Source of the DNA: Selaginella moellendorffii
Taxonomy: Eukaryota; Plantae; Lycopodiophyta
Length of the DNA stretch: 64,000 bases
Assembly (NCBI RefSeq): GCF_000143415.4
Contig: NW_003314362.1
Coordinates: 62,001 to 126,000 of the forward strand
Reading direction: 5' to 3'
Under the pieces are notes generated by a model. That model was not told where the DNA came from. It was given only the letters and a program-made list of their open reading frames with translations, and made no database searches. Shown here piece after piece: positions 61,751-64,000 of the stretch (within the stretch, counting starts at the first letter, position 1; the number at the start of each line of letters is the position of its first letter). The translations under genes and the position numbers were made by a program.

Positions 61751-63508
61751 CGCGTTGTGCGACGAGTGTGACTATATCCTCCCGAGAGAGAGAGAAAGAG
61801 AGAGATCGTAGAGCTATAGCTAGAGAAAATTTCTCTGTAAGAAACAAACAAGAGGTCTTGATCAGTTAAGTAGCAAGCAGGCTTTCCCCAGAGCGTGTCA
61901 TTGCCCAGCTTGCACCAGGAATCAAAGCTAAAAAAACTGTCATATCTGATCTTTTTTCCACTCGTTCTTCCTCACTGAAAATACTGAGAAAAGAAAACAG
62001 CAGGAAATGGCTATCCAAGAGACATGGCGAGTGAAAACTACAAAAGTTCCATCTTTCTGCTAGCTAAGCTGCTGCTGCCTGTCCCACTCACTCGCACTTG
62101 CGATTGCTTGTGAGAAGCTCTCGCGCGGCAGAGAAAACAGTAAGGAGAACAGCGCTGGAAAACTCGCAGAAACTCGCAGACTTGCAGCAAGAGCAGGACT
62201 GTGTTTCTTTGTGGCGAAGGAGTGTGCGAAGAGATTATATAATCTGAAGAGAGAGTGACAACGACTGTGCTCAAGCAGCAAGCAGTGCAGCAGCAGCGGC
62301 AGGAATGGGGTGTTGCATTTCTCTCGCTCGACCTTACCTTTCAATCAATCACCACGAGAATCAGAGCAGACACCACCAGGCTTGAAAAGGCACAAGTTTT
62401 TTCTTTTTGCCGAAAGGAATCCCGGATTTCTTTTCTCTCTTCCCTGCAGATTTTCTCGTCAGTCAGCTCAGGGAAGAAGGGAAATATAAAAGAAAAGTAT
62501 AACCAGAGGGACGAGCGAGGGAGAGAGAGAGAGGAACGAACACTATCAGCCGAAAAGCCCGAGTCTTTGTTCATTCAATGTGGAGCGAAAGTATCTATCT
62601 TTTCTGAAGCGAGGGCGATGGGCTACGCGTGGTGGTATGTGTGCATTGCATGCTGGTGCTGAAAATGGCTCGCCTGGAAAGAGACGTGAGTACTCATAGG
62701 GAAATGTAAAGGAGAGAAAAAAAACATTTTAGAAGAACCTGAGAAAACAGAAGAACCTCCTGAGACTTGAGTCGTTTGTGAGCGGCGAGCCTCGGTTTCA
62801 CTTAGCTCGCTAGCTACTTGGCTCATTTATCGTTGCTCAATTGCTATAGCCGTGCCAAATTGGAGTTTTGGTGGGGTACTCACTCCTTCCCATGGAGCAG
62901 CCAAAGACCCTCCTCCCCACAGTGGAAACGGTGAAGCTTTGACAAAAGCTTCGCTCTTTTTCGTTTGAGTTTGTTCCACCACCACGTACCTACATCAGAG
63001 TTTTAAAAAGGATTACGTGCTCTTCACAGCGACAACAAAGAGAGAAGGCGACTTACACGACCTCAGGCGTAAATGGACGATGAATGGCAAATCATACGCC
63101 CGAATCTCGCCGCCTCACTAAATTCCCGATCGCAAGCACGTGGATTTTCTTTGATCTTGAACTTAAAGCGCAAGTTCTTTTCCACATTGTCTGGGAACTT
63201 AGTGATGTATAGTAATGAGCAATAGCAAGAAAAATGAAGCACGGGTTACCTTGGTTACTTTCGTTCACATTTGACACTTGACAAGTGTTATAATCGAGCA
63301 CGCGCAGCGATCGGATTAACACGGCAACACAGCATTGAAACGTTGAAAGTTTTGGAGCGAGATGTACGAAGAGAAGGGACCACTCACTGACTGAATGGAG
63401 AAATGCACCTCATTGTTTGGACAAAGGAAAAAACAAAACAACTCGATTGGCAGCTGCAGAAGAAAGAAACGCTTTTTAAATGCCACTTGAGGCACTTTTA
63501 CTCGCCGA

Positions 63509-64000
63509 TTAAATCCATTGCTCGAGCTCAGCCTTATTTATCATGAAAGAGCTTGCACAGCGGTGACCACCCCCTCCGTAGGACTGTGCACAGGTTAGCA
63601 TTAGTCATTCATAGCAACGCAAACTCAAAGCTTTCCAACCTGAGATATACCCGTTGTGTCATCGTCGATGCTTCGAAGGCTCACTTTCAGAGTGTCTGGA
63701 TCTCCAAGTTCTTCGACTTCATAAACCACTGCACCGATAGGCCTAGAAAAGAAGAGGAACTTAAGGACTCGCTGTTGAAACACGATGAGAACCTTAAGCC
63801 AGCGCGAAGACTTTTCTCCGCAAGCTGATGTCCGAGATCACTTCTAAGCTCCTGTGCATTGTCTGCTCTTACACCCTGTGGAATGAAGCTCGCCGTCCGT
63901 AAGACAATGACTGCGTGAAAAAATAAACTTACAAGAAAACGCCCAAACTTGCCATTTCCAATCTCGATTTCAAAAGAGTTTTCGAGAATAGAGCGTATAA
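63509..64000 (-). CDS. DHH/DHHA1-domain phosphoesterase-like protein, 3' exons only (missing from the ORF track)
   Basis: Spliced minus strand: GVRADNAQELRSDLGHQLAEKSLRAGLR | PIGAVVYEVEELGDPDTLKVSLRSIDDDTTGISQ | SYGGGGHRCASSFMINKAELEQWI*. Contains the DHHA1 SLRS and GGGH motifs. Confidence 0.8.

Overview
Plant genomic DNA. Introns of about 45-70 nt, very tight gene spacing, a retained ciliary gene and a PLS-class PPR with long L motifs point to a lycophyte such as Selaginella (inference). There are three zones. (1) 1-1682: a frameshifted, intronless receptor-kinase gene with an unusual architecture: kissper+kiwellin (barwin-like) ectodomain, transmembrane helix and a non-RD kinase. (2) ~1765-32552: an AT-rich block of head-to-tail minus-strand Helitrons. 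It holds three decayed RepHel copies, an RPA70-like gene, and captured host fragments (near-complete WEE1 kinase domain, aspartic protease, unidentified exons). Nested in it are a 5S-rRNA-carrying Cassandra-type TRIM, a second TRIM, a full-length Ty3/gypsy chromovirus with a 5-bp TSD, an 18S rRNA fragment, and a plus-strand non-autonomous Helitron. (3) 32775-64000: a dense host gene block: RAD21/SYN cohesin, PALE CRESS, Trx-like 2Fe-2S/TPR protein, PP2A B55, ABCG7, FAP3-like CHI-fold protein, DUF89 phosphatase, GDSL lipase, SWP73/BAF60, SAC phosphatase, PLS PPR, CCHC-MYB, CCDC96, ERF and the 3' end of a DHHA1 gene. Coordinates of spliced genes are start-to-stop spans read by eye. All family assignments are from motif recognition, not database searches.
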